From the NCBI RefSeq assembly GCF_001194135.2, contig NC_068991.1, positions 16,339,581 through 16,403,580 of the forward strand: a DNA stretch of 64,000 nucleotides. Direction: 5' to 3'. This stretch comes from Octopus bimaculoides. Lineage: Eukaryota. The notes under the pieces were generated by a model. That model was not told the DNA's origin, ran no database searches, and was given only the letters and a program-made list of their open reading frames with translations. Below, one piece after another: positions 63,111 to 64,000 of this stretch. The number at the start of each line of letters is the position of its first letter. The stretch's first letter is position 1. The translations under genes and the position numbers were made by a program.

Positions 63111-64000
63111 GTGCAATACCAACATGGTTAATTAGAACGCGAAGTGAGTTTAATTCGTGAAAGATGACCATCCCCAAATATAAAATTATCTGTTTCAACA
63201 CACGTTTTCACATCAAGAATCTCGTAGAACACACACATTGTTTTCGAACTTTAGCAAAAGGCCAGCAAGTTTAGGGCAGGAGCTAAGACGATTACATCGA
63301 CCCCAATACTTAACTGGTACTTTTTTTTTAATCAACTCTGAAGGGATGAAAGGCAAAGTCGACCTCGGCGAAATTTGAACTCAGAACGGGCGAAATGCGG
63401 CTAAGCATTTTACCTGAGGTGCTAACGATCCTGCCAACTCGTTGTCTTTATGAAGAAAAAAAGAAAGAAAGAAAGAAAGAAACCTGCAGAAATATAAAGA
63501 ATTAACAGAGGATGATGAAGAGCAGGAGGAGGAGGGGGAGGAAATAATATATAAAACTCAGATGAGGCTCCACAATAGGACTACTGCATGCATGCATGTA
63601 TGTATGTATGTATGTTCATGGGCTGGAAAACTCGTAAGCACGTCAGAAAAAAGGATTAATGGTATTTCTTTCGGTTTCACACTCTGAGTTCAAATTCCGC
63701 CGAGGTCGACGTTGCCTTTCATCCTTTCGGGGCCGATGAATTACATAGTAGTGAAACACTGGGGTCGATGTAATCGACGAATCCCCTCCCGCCAAATTTC
63801 AGGTCTTCTGCATTCTGTAGGAATTAAGTGGTTTTCTTAAGTTCATTTCCACTCTTTAAATTTTTGTATTTTTTCTGTGTCATAGAACGGGAATTACGAT
63901 TTTGAAAGAATTTTCAGTAATTATTTTATTATTGCTCCCGTCACACACTAAAGGTGAATTTCTACTTTACAGAACGAGTGACTTTCGGCAGTTTGGAATG

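Overview
Eukaryotic, AT-rich, repeat-dense genomic DNA with several N gaps. The SINE/RTE repeat landscape and dense microsatellites suggest an octopus or other coleoid cephalopod (inference). The main feature is a + strand lipase maturation factor 2 (LMF2) gene that I could splice by hand in one frame from 1751 to the stop at 47433, using 15 coding exon positions; exon 1 appears to lie upstream of the window. The key finding is that one internal exon occurs as THREE divergent tandem paralogues (21035-21150, 26440-26555, 32580-32695). Each is 116 nt, phase 0 to phase 2, with an open frame and AG/GT ends, so only one at a time keeps the frame: a candidate mutually exclusive exon cassette. RNA hairpins flank the cassette. 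Downstream of LMF2 are a degenerate self-complementary ~31-bp array, a 33-bp array, an orphan NRF1/ETS/YY1-type promoter island, and a divergent, possibly decaying SLC46-like MFS transporter gene on the - strand. The rest is transposon debris: four Tc1/mariner lineages, hAT and piggyBac-type MITEs, R4, RTE, Penelope-like and Gypsy fragments, and at least four SINE-like families.
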